Shown: positions 25,856 to 35,626 of the stretch, piece after piece | Layout: each line of letters starts with the position of its first letter | Position numbering within the stretch: position 1 is the first letter of the stretch | Assembly: GCA_964549445.1 (NCBI GenBank) | Contig: CAZJVS010000001.1 | Span: 5,372-69,371, forward strand | Direction: 5' to 3' | DNA: 64,000 nucleotides | Origin: an uncultured Planctomycetaceae bacterium | Lineage (GTDB): Bacteria > Planctomycetota > Phycisphaerae > UBA1845 > UTPLA1 | The notes under the pieces: generated by a model | Seen by the model: the letters and a program-made list of their open reading frames with translations, nothing else | Database searches by the model: none | Told to the model about the DNA's origin: nothing | Translations under genes and position numbers: made by a program

Positions 25856-26843
25856 AGCGATGGGTGTCCGGGTGGCCGGCACGGGCAGCGCCAATCCGGC
25901 CCGGGTGCTCGACAATTCATACTTTGTCAACCGGCTTGATACGACTCATGAGTGGATCCGCGAGCGGACGGGCATTCTTGAGCGCCGCGTGGTTTCGGAC
26001 GGCGAATCGACGGCGACCCTGGCGATCGAGGCGGCGCGCAAAGCGCTGGATGACGCGCGGATGAGCGCGGATCAACTCGACGCGATCATCATCGCGACCA
26101 TCACGCCCGAGTGTCAGTTTCCGGCGACGGCGAGTTTTGTCCAACATGCGATCGGCGCTCGAAGTATTGCTTCATTTGATATTTGCGCGGCGTGCAGTGG
26201 CTACATCTATTCGTTCGTGACAGCGGTCCATATGCTCCAGACGGGGACGTTCCGCAACATTCTCGTGATCGGGGCTGAAACGCTGTCGCGAATTACCGAT
26301 TACGAGGATCGCACGAGCTGCATCCTGTTCGGCGACGGCGCCGGCGCGACGATACTGACGGCGGCACCCGACGCGAGCGGACCGGCCATGCTGCACCACC
26401 GTCTGCACAGCGATGGAGCCGGTGCAAACATGCTGTGGGTTCCGGGCGGTGGTTCTCGCACGCCGGCGTCCGCGATGACGATCAACGAGCGGCTTCACTA
26501 TATGAAGATGCAGGGCCGTGAGGTTTACCGGTTTGCGGTAAAGAAGATGCTGGAACTCGTCGAGGAGACCCTGGGCGAGGCGGGCGTTCGGCCGGACGAC
26601 ATCGCGATGGTGATTCCGCACCAGTCGAACAAGCGCATCATCGAGTCGGCGCGCGAGAAACTTCAACTGCCCGAGGCGAAGATGTACACCAACATCGAGC
26701 GGTTCGGGAATACGTCGGCGGCATCGATTCCGCTGGGCCTGGACGATTGCCGCAAGAGCGGGCGATTGAAGCAGGGTGATCTGGTATTGTTGGCGGCGTT
26801 CGGCGCGGGCCTCACGTGGGCGTCCGCGCTCGTGCGCCTTTAG
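25848..26843 (+). CDS. fabH: 3-oxoacyl-ACP synthase III (FabH)
   Basis: ATG 25848 gives an 8-nt overlap with plsX; ATG 25860 is an alternative. The active-site context is FDICAACSGYIY, with HQSNKRI and GNTSAASIP motifs (Cys-His-Asn triad). Confidence 0.9.
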   Translation: MPKAMGVRVAGTGSANPARVLDNSYFVNRLDTTHEWIRERTGILERRVVSDGESTATLAIEAARKALDDARMSADQLDAIIIATITPECQFPATASFVQHAIGARSIASFDICAACSGYIYSFVTAVHMLQTGTFRNILVIGAETLSRITDYEDRTSCILFGDGAGATILTAAPDASGPAMLHHRLHSDGAGANMLWVPGGGSRTPASAMTINERLHYMKMQGREVYRFAVKKMLELVEETLGEAGVRPDDIAMVIPHQSNKRIIESAREKLQLPEAKMYTNIERFGNTSAASIPLGLDDCRKSGRLKQGDLVLLAAFGAGLTWASALVRL

Positions 26844-26862
26844 ATTTCAGGATTCGAGATTC

Positions 26863-27801
26863 GTGGGCAAGACAGCCATCATATTTCCCGGACAGGGTGC
26901 ACAGTTCGTCGGCATGGCGAAAGACGTTGCGGCGGCGTTTGACGTCGCGCGCCGAACCTTTGAGGAAGCCAATGAACTCCTCGGATTTGATCTGAGCGGG
27001 ATCTGTTTTGGCGGTCCGACGGAGCGACTTGACGCAACGGATATCTCGCAGCCGGCGATTTTCGCCACATCGGTCGCGGTGTGGCGGGCGATGCAGGAAG
27101 CGGGGATCGCCGATGAGCTTCGACCGCAGGCGACGGCCGGATTGAGTCTTGGCGAGTACACGGCGCTTTGGCTGGCGGGGAGTCTGAGCTTCGCGGACGG
27201 GTTGCGGCTGGTTCATCAACGCGGCCAGTTCATGCAGGAGGCGGCACAGAGCGCTCCGGGCGGAATGGTATCGGTCATGGGGCTAACGTCCGAGCAGACT
27301 GAGGCGCTGTGCCGGGAGGCGGCAGGCGATCAAGTCCTGGCATGTGCGAATTTCAACTGTCCGGGCCAAATCGTAATTTCAGGCAGCAAAGAAGCTTGCG
27401 AGCGAGCGGTGGCCTTGGTAGAGAAGCAGGGCGGGCGAGGGACCGCGTTGCGAGTAGCCGGGGCGTTCCATTCCGCGCTCATGGCTCCGGCCGCAGAGCG
27501 GCTCCGGGACGTGCTTTCCCGGACCCAGATTTCGGGACCGCGATTACCGGTGGTATCAAACGTGACTGCCGACTATCATCGGAGCCCAGATTCGATCCGG
27601 GAGCTGCTGTATACGCAGGTGGCGCGGCCGATTCGCTGGCAGCAGTCGATCGAGCGATTGATCGCGGACGGGTTTGACCGATTTGCGGAGGTCGGCCCGG
27701 GCCGTGTCTTGAGCGGTCTGATGCGAAAGATCAATCGCACGGCAACGTCGTTGAACTATTCGACCGCGGAGTCGTTCGCGGGCGCCCGGGTGGCCCGGTA
27801 G
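26863..27801 (+). CDS. fabD: Malonyl-CoA:ACP transacylase (FabD)
   Basis: I chose GTG 26863 within track ORF 26776..27801. Motifs are IFPGQGAQFVGM, GLSLGEYTAL (GxSxG active site) and AGAFHSALM. Confidence 0.9.
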   Translation: MGKTAIIFPGQGAQFVGMAKDVAAAFDVARRTFEEANELLGFDLSGICFGGPTERLDATDISQPAIFATSVAVWRAMQEAGIADELRPQATAGLSLGEYTALWLAGSLSFADGLRLVHQRGQFMQEAAQSAPGGMVSVMGLTSEQTEALCREAAGDQVLACANFNCPGQIVISGSKEACERAVALVEKQGGRGTALRVAGAFHSALMAPAAERLRDVLSRTQISGPRLPVVSNVTADYHRSPDSIRELLYTQVARPIRWQQSIERLIADGFDRFAEVGPGRVLSGLMRKINRTATSLNYSTAESFAGARVAR

Positions 27802-27830
27802 CGTCGTGAGCGCAAGGACGGTTCGAAGGA

Positions 27831-28580
27831 ATGGCTGAACTACAAGACCGAGTAGCGATTGTTACGGGCGCTTCGCGCGGGATCGGCCGAGCGACAGCGC
27901 TGTCGTTGGCGCGTCTCGGGGCAACGGTTGTGGCGGCGGCGCGGAGCATGGAGCGACTGGGCTCGCTCGCGTCGGAGGCGGCTGATCATCGTGCGTCGGG
28001 CCGGATTGTCGGGCGGGCGCTGGATGTGACCGACGCGGCGACAGTCGAGAAGTGGATCGACGACGTCGCGACTGAATTCGGACGGATAGATGTGCTCGTC
28101 AATAACGCGGGCATCACGCGTGACGGCCTGCTCATGAACATGACCGATGCGCAGTTCGATGAAGTCCTGACGACAAATCTGCGGTCGGTGTTCTGGATGA
28201 CGCGAGCGGTCGCGAAGTACATGGTGCGGGCCCGAACCGGGCGGATCATCAATATTGCCAGTGTGTCCGGGATCATGGGCAACGCGGGCCAGGCGAATTA
28301 CGCGGCTGCGAAGGCCGGCGTGATCGGATTCACGAAGACGGTCGCAAAGGAACTCGGACGGCGCGGCGTGACCTGCAATGCAGTAGCGCCGGGGTTCATC
28401 CGCACGGATATGACGAATGTCCTGCCGGAGAAGGTGAAAGAACAGGTTCTATCCATCATTCCGCTGCAGCGGTTTGGCGAACCGGAAGAAGTGGCCAACG
28501 TGGTGGTGTTTCTGGCCAGTTCGGCGGCGGCCTACGTGAATGGACAGGTCGTGACAGTCGACGGCGGCTTGCACATGTAA
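27831..28580 (+). CDS. fabG: 3-oxoacyl-ACP reductase (FabG)
   Basis: 249-aa SDR protein with TGASRGIGRA (TGxxxGIG), NNAG, the YAAAKAG catalytic motif and a C-terminal GQVVTVDGGL. Confidence 0.9.
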   Translation: MAELQDRVAIVTGASRGIGRATALSLARLGATVVAAARSMERLGSLASEAADHRASGRIVGRALDVTDAATVEKWIDDVATEFGRIDVLVNNAGITRDGLLMNMTDAQFDEVLTTNLRSVFWMTRAVAKYMVRARTGRIINIASVSGIMGNAGQANYAAAKAGVIGFTKTVAKELGRRGVTCNAVAPGFIRTDMTNVLPEKVKEQVLSIIPLQRFGEPEEVANVVVFLASSAAAYVNGQVVTVDGGLHM

Positions 28581-28733
28581 ACCAGCCCGAGTGGGCGGTT
28601 TGCGAGTCGCTGATCGATTCGATATAAAGCCGCGGAATCATGCGGGCGCCCGGATGGTCGGACGACTGGGGCGGGTCGCGACCCGTCGGCGCGGTAAACG
28701 AAAACAGACGATTGTGCATCGGAGGTAGACTGC

Positions 28734-28988
28734 GTGCCAACCCTTGAGGAGATTCAGGAAAAGGTCGTATCGATCGTGAGCGAGCAGATGGGCGTCGACA
28801 AGAAGGAGATCACCATGGAGACCTCCTTCGTCCGCGACCTGAATGCCGATTCACTCGACACGGTCGAACTCGTCATGGAGTTCGAGGACGAATTCGAGCT
28901 GAGCATTCCCGACGACGAGGCTGAGAAGATCCAGACGGTCGGCCAGGCGGTTCAGCACATCCACAAAGCGCTCGAATCCAAGAAGTAG
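28734..28988 (+). CDS. acpP: Acyl carrier protein
   Basis: 84 aa with a GTG start 8 nt after a GGAGG SD. It has the [19 protein letters not shown] phosphopantetheine-attachment motif (DSLD). Confidence 0.9.
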   Translation: MPTLEEIQEKVVSIVSEQMGVDKKEITMETSFVRDLNADSLDTVELVMEFEDEFELSIPDDEAEKIQTVGQAVQHIHKALESKK

Positions 28989-29023
28989 GCCGCGGCGGGT
29001 TCGCCGGCTAACGAGGACGAAGG

Positions 29024-30268
29024 ATGTCTCGCCGCCGCGTAGTCATTACAGGGATGGGGCTGGTCAGCCCGCTCGGGAATGTCGTCGACCTGTTCTGGGA
29101 GCGGCTGCTTGCCTGTGAGAGCGGTGTTGCGCGCATCCAGCGATTCGATCCGACCCGCTTCGGCGTGACGTTCGGCGGCGAGTGCCGCGAGTTCATCGCC
29201 GAGGAAATGATCGACAAGCGGCAGGTCAAGCGGCTCGACCGATTTGCACAAATTGCCCTGTTCGCAGCCGATCAGGCCGGGAAGGATTCGGGATTCGACT
29301 TCGCGAATACGAGCAGGCCGGATCGCGTTGGCGTGATCATCGGTTCGGGTATCGGCGGGCTGACGGAGCTCGAAGAGCAGCACCTGCGGCTGATCGAGAA
29401 GGGGCCGGAACGCGTCAGCGCATTCACGATTCCCAAGCTGATGGTGAACGCTGCGAGCGGGAACATCTCCATTCTGCTCAACGCAAAGGGACCCAATACG
29501 GCGGTGGCGACGGCGTGCGCGTCGGCGACCAACGCGATGGGTGATGCGCTGCGGGCTATCCAGCGCGACGAGTGTGATGTCATGATCACCGGCGGGACGG
29601 AAGCCGCGTTGACTCCCCTCGGCCTTGCGGCATTTGCCGCGATGAAAGCGCTTTCGGAACGAAATGATGCGCCGGCCAAAGCGAGCCGGCCATTCGATAA
29701 GGCCCGCGACGGCTTTGTCATGGGCGAAGGGGCAGCGGTTTTCATCTTTGAAGAACTCGAGCACGCCAAGAAGCGCGGTGCCCGCATTTATGGCGAGGTC
29801 CTCGGGTATGGAATGAGCGGAGACGCGTGTCATATTACGCAGCCGGACGAACGCGGGCGCGGCGCGGCGATGGCGATGAGCAAGGCCCTCCGCGACGCCG
29901 AGTTGAGTCCGACCCAGATCGATTACATCAACGCACATGGAACCGGCACTCCGCTCGGCGACGTTGCGGAAACGATGGCCATCAAGTCGGTCTACGGCGA
30001 GCACGCGTACAAGCTTGCAGTCAGCAGCACGAAGAGCGCGATCGGGCACCTGCTGGGCGCGAGCGGCGCTGTCGAGCTGGTCGCGACGGTGCTGGCGATC
30101 CGACACGGCATCGCACCGCCGACGATCAATCTCGACGATCCCGATCCGTTGTGCGATCTGGATTACGTGCCGAACAAGCCACGCGATCTGCGAATCGAAC
30201 GGGCCATGAGCAATTCGTTCGGTTTCGGCGGGCACAACGGCTGTCTGGTTGTCGGACGCGCGCCCTAG
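29024..30268 (+). CDS. fabF: 3-oxoacyl-ACP synthase II (FabF)
   Basis: 414 aa beginning RRVVITGMGLVSPLG. It has the ATACASATNA active-site Cys context, NAHGTGTPLGD, GHLLGASG and a C-terminal NSFGFGGHN. Confidence 0.95.
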   Translation: MSRRRVVITGMGLVSPLGNVVDLFWERLLACESGVARIQRFDPTRFGVTFGGECREFIAEEMIDKRQVKRLDRFAQIALFAADQAGKDSGFDFANTSRPDRVGVIIGSGIGGLTELEEQHLRLIEKGPERVSAFTIPKLMVNAASGNISILLNAKGPNTAVATACASATNAMGDALRAIQRDECDVMITGGTEAALTPLGLAAFAAMKALSERNDAPAKASRPFDKARDGFVMGEGAAVFIFEELEHAKKRGARIYGEVLGYGMSGDACHITQPDERGRGAAMAMSKALRDAELSPTQIDYINAHGTGTPLGDVAETMAIKSVYGEHAYKLAVSSTKSAIGHLLGASGAVELVATVLAIRHGIAPPTINLDDPDPLCDLDYVPNKPRDLRIERAMSNSFGFGGHNGCLVVGRAP

Positions 30269-30326
30269 TACAACGCTCGGGCGCCGCGCACGAGCGGGCC
30301 GGACGTCCTCGTCGAAGATCAGCATC

Positions 30327-31256
30327 ATGCGAATTCTGGTTCCGGGCGCGGCGGGTTTCATCGGCTCACATCTCTGCCGGCGACTACTCCATGACGGGAA
30401 CGAAGTTGTCGGCATCGACAGTCTGACCACGGGTCAGCAACGCAACATCGACGAGCTTTCAACGCACTCCGGATTCTCTTTTCTGCGAGCGGAGATCTCC
30501 GAATCGATCGCCGCGCCAGGGCGATTTGACATCATTCTGAACATGGCGTGTCCGGCGTCGCCCGTCGATTTTCGCGATAAGGCGATCGAAATCATGACGA
30601 CCTGCAGCCGCGGGGTCATGAACCTGCTAGAGCTGGCTCGGCGTGACGGCTGCGTTTTTCTCCAGGCATCGACGAGTGAGTGTTACGGCGATCCGCTGAT
30701 TCATCCGCAGCCGGAGACGTACTGGGGGAACGTTAACCCGATCGGTCCTCGATCGCCCTACGACGAGGGGAAGCGGTTCGCCGAGGCGTTGACCATGAGC
30801 TTTCACCGCGTTTACGGGGTGCGGACGCGTATCGTGCGGATCTTCAACACGTATGGGCCACGGATGCGTGCGAACGATGGGCGGGCGCTTCCGACATTTA
30901 TCACGCAGGCCCTGAAGAATGAGCCGCTGACGGTTCACGGTGACGGCAAGCAAACGCGAAGTTTCTGCTACGTGGATGATCTGGTCGACGGGATTGTGCG
31001 GCTGGCCCGCAGCGACATTTCCGAGCCGGTCAATATCGGCAATGACCAGGAGATCACGATTCTGCAGGCCGCCGAAGAGGTTGTACGGCTCGCCGGAAGC
31101 CGGAGTGAAATCCGCTGCGTGCCGCGGCCGGGTGACGATCCGGAGCGAAGGCGTCCGGACCTCAGCCGGGCCCGCGAACGACTGGGTTGGTCGCCGCAGG
31201 TGTCGCGGAGCGACGGGTTTGCGAAGACGATCGAGTACTTTCGATCGATGGGGTAG
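30327..31256 (+). CDS. UDP-glucuronate decarboxylase / UDP-xylose synthase-like NAD-dependent epimerase/dehydratase
   Basis: I chose ATG 30327 within track ORF 30249..31256. Motifs are MRILVPGAAGFIGSHL (GxxGxxG), YDEGKR (YxxxK) and GDGKQTRSFCYVDDLVDG, which is typical of UXS. Confidence 0.8.
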   Translation: MRILVPGAAGFIGSHLCRRLLHDGNEVVGIDSLTTGQQRNIDELSTHSGFSFLRAEISESIAAPGRFDIILNMACPASPVDFRDKAIEIMTTCSRGVMNLLELARRDGCVFLQASTSECYGDPLIHPQPETYWGNVNPIGPRSPYDEGKRFAEALTMSFHRVYGVRTRIVRIFNTYGPRMRANDGRALPTFITQALKNEPLTVHGDGKQTRSFCYVDDLVDGIVRLARSDISEPVNIGNDQEITILQAAEEVVRLAGSRSEIRCVPRPGDDPERRRPDLSRARERLGWSPQVSRSDGFAKTIEYFRSMG

Positions 31257-31261
31257 GGCGG

Positions 31262-31804
31262 TCAGGCGGCCAGGGTCTTGAGCATCGAGTTGATGCGGCG
31301 CAAGGCCTTCGGGCCGAGACGCAAGAACAAGTCCACGATTTTTCCGATCAGCGTCAGGAATTCCAGCATGTCATCGAGGCGCTTGCGGTAGGCGCGGGCT
31401 TCGGCGGCGGCTTCTCCACGCAGCGAGTTGAGCTCGACGTCGACGAGTTCGCGGCACTTTCGGATCGTTTCGAGGATGGGCTCGACTTCCCGTCGTTTGC
31501 GCTGTCGCGTGATGTTTTCGAAGAGCGCCCAGACGTCGGGGTTGGCGGTGAAATATTCCTTGCGGTCGCCACGTTGATGAACACGCTCGATGAGGCCCCA
31601 ATCGACGAGGGCGCGGAGACTCATGGAGGCGTTGCCGCGCGAGATGGCAAGCTGGTCCATGATATCGTCGGTGCAAAGCGGGGCGGTTGAGGCGAACAGG
31701 AGGGCGTGAAGCTCCGCCATGGTGCGACTGATGCCCCAGTAGGCGGCCATCTCACCCCAGCGGCGGACAAACATCGCTTTGGATTGTTCGACGGCGTTCG
31801 GCAC
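31262..31804 (-). CDS. GbsR/MarR-family transcriptional regulator
   Basis: 180 aa with GTG 31804 preceded by a GAGGTG SD. The winged-helix part is WGISRTMAELHALLF..PLCTDDIMDQLAISRGNASMSLRALVDWGLI, with a C-terminal helical extension as in GbsR/OpcR-type regulators. Confidence 0.75.
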   Translation of the reverse strand: MPNAVEQSKAMFVRRWGEMAAYWGISRTMAELHALLFASTAPLCTDDIMDQLAISRGNASMSLRALVDWGLIERVHQRGDRKEYFTANPDVWALFENITRQRKRREVEPILETIRKCRELVDVELNSLRGEAAAEARAYRKRLDDMLEFLTLIGKIVDLFLRLGPKALRRINSMLKTLAA

Positions 31805-31820
31805 GGGGCACCTCGTGTAG

Positions 31821-31869
31821 TTTCAGATTAATCTGAAAATATTATAGAGTCGGTATTTTCGCGAGGCAA
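31821..31869 (-). promoter_or_regulatory. Sigma70-type promoter plus an 18-bp perfect palindromic operator for the GbsR-type regulator gene
   Basis: On the minus strand: TTGCCT (31869-31864), exactly 17 nt, TATAAT (31846-31841). Two nt further downstream is the perfect palindrome TTTCAGATTAATCTGAAA (31838-31821), covering the expected TSS. Confidence 0.55.
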
Positions 31870-31878
31870 GGCTCTTCT

Positions 31879-33738
31879 TCAGGCGGCCGCGGGGTCGTCG
31901 AGTGCGGCGGGGATTCGGGCGGGGAGGTGGGCACGCATGGCGGCAAGCCAGCGGCGGGCGCAGATCGCGACGATGAAGAAGGCGCAGGCGATCATCAGCA
32001 GGATCAGGGCGGTGTTCAGCCCGCCTTTGAGGGCATCGGCCGGACCGCCAGCTCGAATCATGGGGAGCAGTTGCAGGCGAATCTGTGTGATTCCGCCGGC
32101 GGTGGTCGTCACCAGAACCCAGCACATTGGCACCAGAGTGATCCAGACATAGCGGGCGCGGCCGGCGTTGAAGAGCAGGGTCGAGACGATCGCCAGTGCG
32201 ATGGCGGCCAACATCTGATTGGCGATGCCGAACATCGGCCAGATCGTGGCGATGCTGCCGCTCCAGAGGAAGGAGGCCCAGCCGACGACGATGACCCCGG
32301 TGCTGAGGATCACACCGGGCCACCACCCGGGGCGTTCGAAGTTGCGGACCCAGGGGCCGAGGAAAGTGAAGCGGGCGAAGAACTCCTGAAGCAGGAAGCG
32401 GGCAATGCGAGTGCCGGTGTCGATCGTCGTGAGGATGAACAGGGCCTCGAACATGATGGCAAAGTGGTACCAGATGGCCATGACCTTGCCGTTGGTCAGG
32501 AGAGGGAGATTAGAGAATATCTTTGCCATGCCGACGGCGAGGGTGGGGGCGCCGCCAGTACGCCCTTCGAGATGCTCCCCGACGGCGTGTTCGAGGTCGT
32601 GTAGGTCGACGGCCTTGAAGTTGTATTTCGCCACTTTGTCCGGGGGTGTGTTGATGAGGTAGTAATCATTCGGGTCCAGGCCGGTGACGGCGACGAGGGC
32701 GATGATGCCGACGAGCGATTCGATGAGCATGCAACCGAAACCGATGGGGCGGGCGTGCGATTCCTTGGCGATCATCTTTGGGGTGGTGCCGCTAGAAACG
32801 AGGGCGTGAAAGCCGCTGATCGCGCCGCACATGATGGTGATAAATACCATCGGGAACACCGATCCGGCGATGACGGGGCCGCCGCCGGCCGTTGCGAAGG
32901 GTGTAAGGGCTGGAATGCGAAGGGTTGGGCGGACGATCAGCACGCCGGCCACGAGCAGGATGATCGTGCCGATTTTCATGAAGGCGCTGAGGTAGTCGCG
33001 GGGGCACAGCAGCAGCCAGACGGGCAGGACGCTGGCAATGAATCCGTAGGCGGCCATGGCGACGATGATCTGATTTCGGGTCAACAGGAACTGCTTGCCC
33101 CAATCGTGCGTCTGGGCGAATTGGCCTGCCCAGACTGCGACGAGCAGCAGGATCACGCCGATGACGGACGCTTCGACGACGGCGCCTTTGCGAAAGATGT
33201 ACATGTACCAGCCCATCAAGAAAGCGATTGGGATGGTGCAGGCGATCGTAAACGTTCCCCAGGAGCTTTCGGCGAGGGCGTTCACGACGGCCGAGCCGAG
33301 GCCGGCCAAGGCGATGATCACGATGAAGAGGATTGCGACGGCCGTGACCAGGCCGCCGACTGGCCCGATTTCCTGGCGAGCGATTTCGGCGAGGGAGCGG
33401 CCGTTGCGGCGAATGGACGCGGTCAGGACGACAAAGTCCTGCACGGCCCCGCCGATCACCACGCCGATGAGGAGCCAGAAGAACCCGGGCGCCCATCCGA
33501 ACTGGGCCGCCAAGACTGGTCCGATGAGCGGTCCGGCGCCGGAAATGGCGGCGAAATGGTGCCCGAAGAGGACCCACTTATTGGTGGGGTGGTAGTTATG
33601 GCCGTCGTTGAGGCGGTGGGCCGGGGTGACGCGATCGTCGTTCAGGACCATGACGCGGGCTGCGATGAAGGCGGAATAGTAACGATACGCGAGTGCGAGG
33701 ACGGCGAGGGCGGTGAGGACGAGCCAGAGCGAGTTCAA
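31879..33738 (-). CDS. cstA: Carbon starvation protein A (CstA-family peptide/pyruvate transporter)
   Basis: 619-aa polytopic protein. The N-terminus AYRYYSAFIAARVMVLNDDRVTPAHRLNDGHNYHPTNKWVLFGHHFAAISGAGPLIGPVLAAQFGW is the CstA signature region. Confidence 0.9.
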   Translation of the reverse strand: MNSLWLVLTALAVLALAYRYYSAFIAARVMVLNDDRVTPAHRLNDGHNYHPTNKWVLFGHHFAAISGAGPLIGPVLAAQFGWAPGFFWLLIGVVIGGAVQDFVVLTASIRRNGRSLAEIARQEIGPVGGLVTAVAILFIVIIALAGLGSAVVNALAESSWGTFTIACTIPIAFLMGWYMYIFRKGAVVEASVIGVILLLVAVWAGQFAQTHDWGKQFLLTRNQIIVAMAAYGFIASVLPVWLLLCPRDYLSAFMKIGTIILLVAGVLIVRPTLRIPALTPFATAGGGPVIAGSVFPMVFITIMCGAISGFHALVSSGTTPKMIAKESHARPIGFGCMLIESLVGIIALVAVTGLDPNDYYLINTPPDKVAKYNFKAVDLHDLEHAVGEHLEGRTGGAPTLAVGMAKIFSNLPLLTNGKVMAIWYHFAIMFEALFILTTIDTGTRIARFLLQEFFARFTFLGPWVRNFERPGWWPGVILSTGVIVVGWASFLWSGSIATIWPMFGIANQMLAAIALAIVSTLLFNAGRARYVWITLVPMCWVLVTTTAGGITQIRLQLLPMIRAGGPADALKGGLNTALILLMIACAFFIVAICARRWLAAMRAHLPARIPAALDDPAAA

Positions 33739-33896
33739 ACGTGCCGACTCCGGGGCCGAAGGATCGGAAGACGGTAGAACCGAGCGGCGGGCGCGTCAAG
33801 CGGCAGGCGCGGGCGAAAGCAAAAGGCAATCGGCCCGCTCGCGGGTGCGAACGGGCCGAGGCGTAACCGATTTTCTCGGAGGCGAAGCGAGAAGAA

Positions 33897-34706
33897 CTAC
33901 GAACCGCAGAACAGCGGTGGTTCCGAATTGGGAGTCCAACCGTTAAATATGATGGTGACGGTTCCGCCGAATTGTGCGTCGCCGGCTCGCTGAACATTGC
34001 ACGATTGCGCGGCCGAGAGTTCGGCGGCGGGCGGGACGTCGTTCGGCGCCGGGCAACCCGCGATCGGATTGGGCGGGTTGCCGTTGCCGGTGCAGGTCGT
34101 GGCCTGCCAGCCGTACACACCGGGGATGTTCGCGTTCTGGCCGATCTGCTTGTTCGCGAATGACGTGACGGGATCGGGTGAGACGTTGTCCGTCCAGGTT
34201 GCGCCGCCGTTGAGCTGATACTCGATGAAGGCGTTCGTGCCGTTGACGTTGCTGATGTCGACGGTTTCACCGGGATAGTTCAACGTGAACTCGGCGAGAT
34301 TCGTTGCGTTTGGATAGCAGGCCCCGCCGCCGCATCCCATGTCGGTGAAGGTCGGCCCGAATGCGATGTTGCCGCTGAAGCTGCGATCGCCGGAGTCGAA
34401 TGAGAGAGCAGCGCCCGGCCCAATGATGGCGGATCCCTTCAGAAATGTTCCGTCGAGGTGGGGAACGATGCCCCACCAGAAGGGGAGTTGCAGGACGCTG
34501 TCGATTGCATAGCCCTTTCCCAGCGTGACGAGGACCGGGACCGGCGCACCCGTGTTGTTTCGGATCACGAGCTTCGTGCCCGTGCCGTGTCCTCCCGGGA
34601 TAATGTCTTCGATGCAGCATGCCGCAACGGCAAAGAGAATTGTTGGAGTGACGACTGCCGCCAGGAGGGTCAACTTGGCTCGGGAGGGCTTGAAGGACTG
34701 CGGCAT
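33897..34706 (-). CDS. Secreted thaumatin-like protein TLP1 (GH64-TLP superfamily suspected)
   Basis: I chose ATG 34706 within track ORF 33897..35102; the upstream extension is Arg/Ser-rich. It has a signal peptide (KLTLLAAVVTPTILFAVAAC) and several cysteines in the mature part. The motifs are colinear with plant thaumatin/osmotin: TKLVIRNNTGAPVPV (compare IEVRNNCPYTVW), MGCGGGACYPNATNLAEFTLN (compare DCGG.L.C...PPNTLAEYAL), and ETVDISNVNGTNAFIEY (compare DFWDISLVDGFNIPM). Confidence 0.7.
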   Translation of the reverse strand: MPQSFKPSRAKLTLLAAVVTPTILFAVAACCIEDIIPGGHGTGTKLVIRNNTGAPVPVLVTLGKGYAIDSVLQLPFWWGIVPHLDGTFLKGSAIIGPGAALSFDSGDRSFSGNIAFGPTFTDMGCGGGACYPNATNLAEFTLNYPGETVDISNVNGTNAFIEYQLNGGATWTDNVSPDPVTSFANKQIGQNANIPGVYGWQATTCTGNGNPPNPIAGCPAPNDVPPAAELSAAQSCNVQRAGDAQFGGTVTIIFNGWTPNSEPPLFCGS

Positions 34707-34981
34707 CGCATTAACTCCACTTCGCATGTGACGCAAGGATTGCCGGCTGCGCAGCCGACCAGATACGTCCGTCTCCGCGGCGCGCGGGGGCGGCGATCTC
34801 TGCTCGGGTTCTCGGCTGGTTGCATTCGACGCATTAGTTTCCGGCGGTAATCGAGGTGGCGGATGGAGGCAGCGTCCGAAAAAAAATGGCTGACGCGAAA
34901 TTCGAGTCCAGCTCGCGCCGGAGCGAGAACTCCCGGCCGTTGTGGTTGCGAAGTCCGAAAGTACGATCGAGCGAGCACGTC

Positions 34982-35476
34982 TTAGCGCTGGAGACTCGAT
35001 TTGCCGAGCCGTGACCACGGAATGACTACCTGCTTCGGACCGAGCGAGTTCATCGCGCGCTCGGCGGCATCGCGTCCCCACGATTCTCCGATCCGCATGC
35101 ATTCTTTCGCAATCTGAGGTTCGACTTCGGCGAGTTTGAGGCCGGTCGGCGTTTGATAGAACGCGATCATGTCATCCAACTCGGAGGAGGTGAAATAGCG
35201 GGCGTACACGGGCACGACGCGATCGATCAGATCGGTGGGGCGTAACTCCTGCTTGAATCGATCGACGAAGCCATTTGGCAGGTTCGGGCAGGTTTTGAAA
35301 AGTTCGTAGATCCGGTCGAGTACGTCGGAAGCGATACGATCGGCTCCCTGCAGCGAAAGCAGTGTGCGGACGCGTTGCTCGCGCTGCGACTGGGCCCGGG
35401 CAGAATAGACATAGACTCCGATTGAAATCACGATGACGACGGCTGATGCGAGAAAAAGTGGCGGTTCGCGTTTCAT
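34982..35476 (-). CDS. DUF2059-like membrane-anchored protein
   Basis: I chose ATG 35476 within track ORF 34982..35551. It has an N-terminal TM helix (PLFLASAVVIVISIGVYVY) and the motif YARYFTSSELDDMIAFYQTPTGLKL characteristic of DUF2059. Confidence 0.65.
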   Translation of the reverse strand: MKREPPLFLASAVVIVISIGVYVYSARAQSQREQRVRTLLSLQGADRIASDVLDRIYELFKTCPNLPNGFVDRFKQELRPTDLIDRVVPVYARYFTSSELDDMIAFYQTPTGLKLAEVEPQIAKECMRIGESWGRDAAERAMNSLGPKQVVIPWSRLGKSSLQR

Positions 35477-35626
35477 CGAAGCTCTCCAATCCGGCGGCCT
35501 GACGCTGGTCGCGTCCTCATCATAACGGGTGAGTAGTCCGGAAATGATCATCCAAATGAAATCACCCGATCCATTCCGTGGTGCGGAGCAGACCGGGTGA
35601 TCGAGTTCGCGGACCTTACAGGACTG

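Noticed and set aside
28952-30430. 492-aa minus-strand ORF across fabF
   Set aside because: It is antisense to an unambiguous FabF gene and is Arg-rich and low-complexity.
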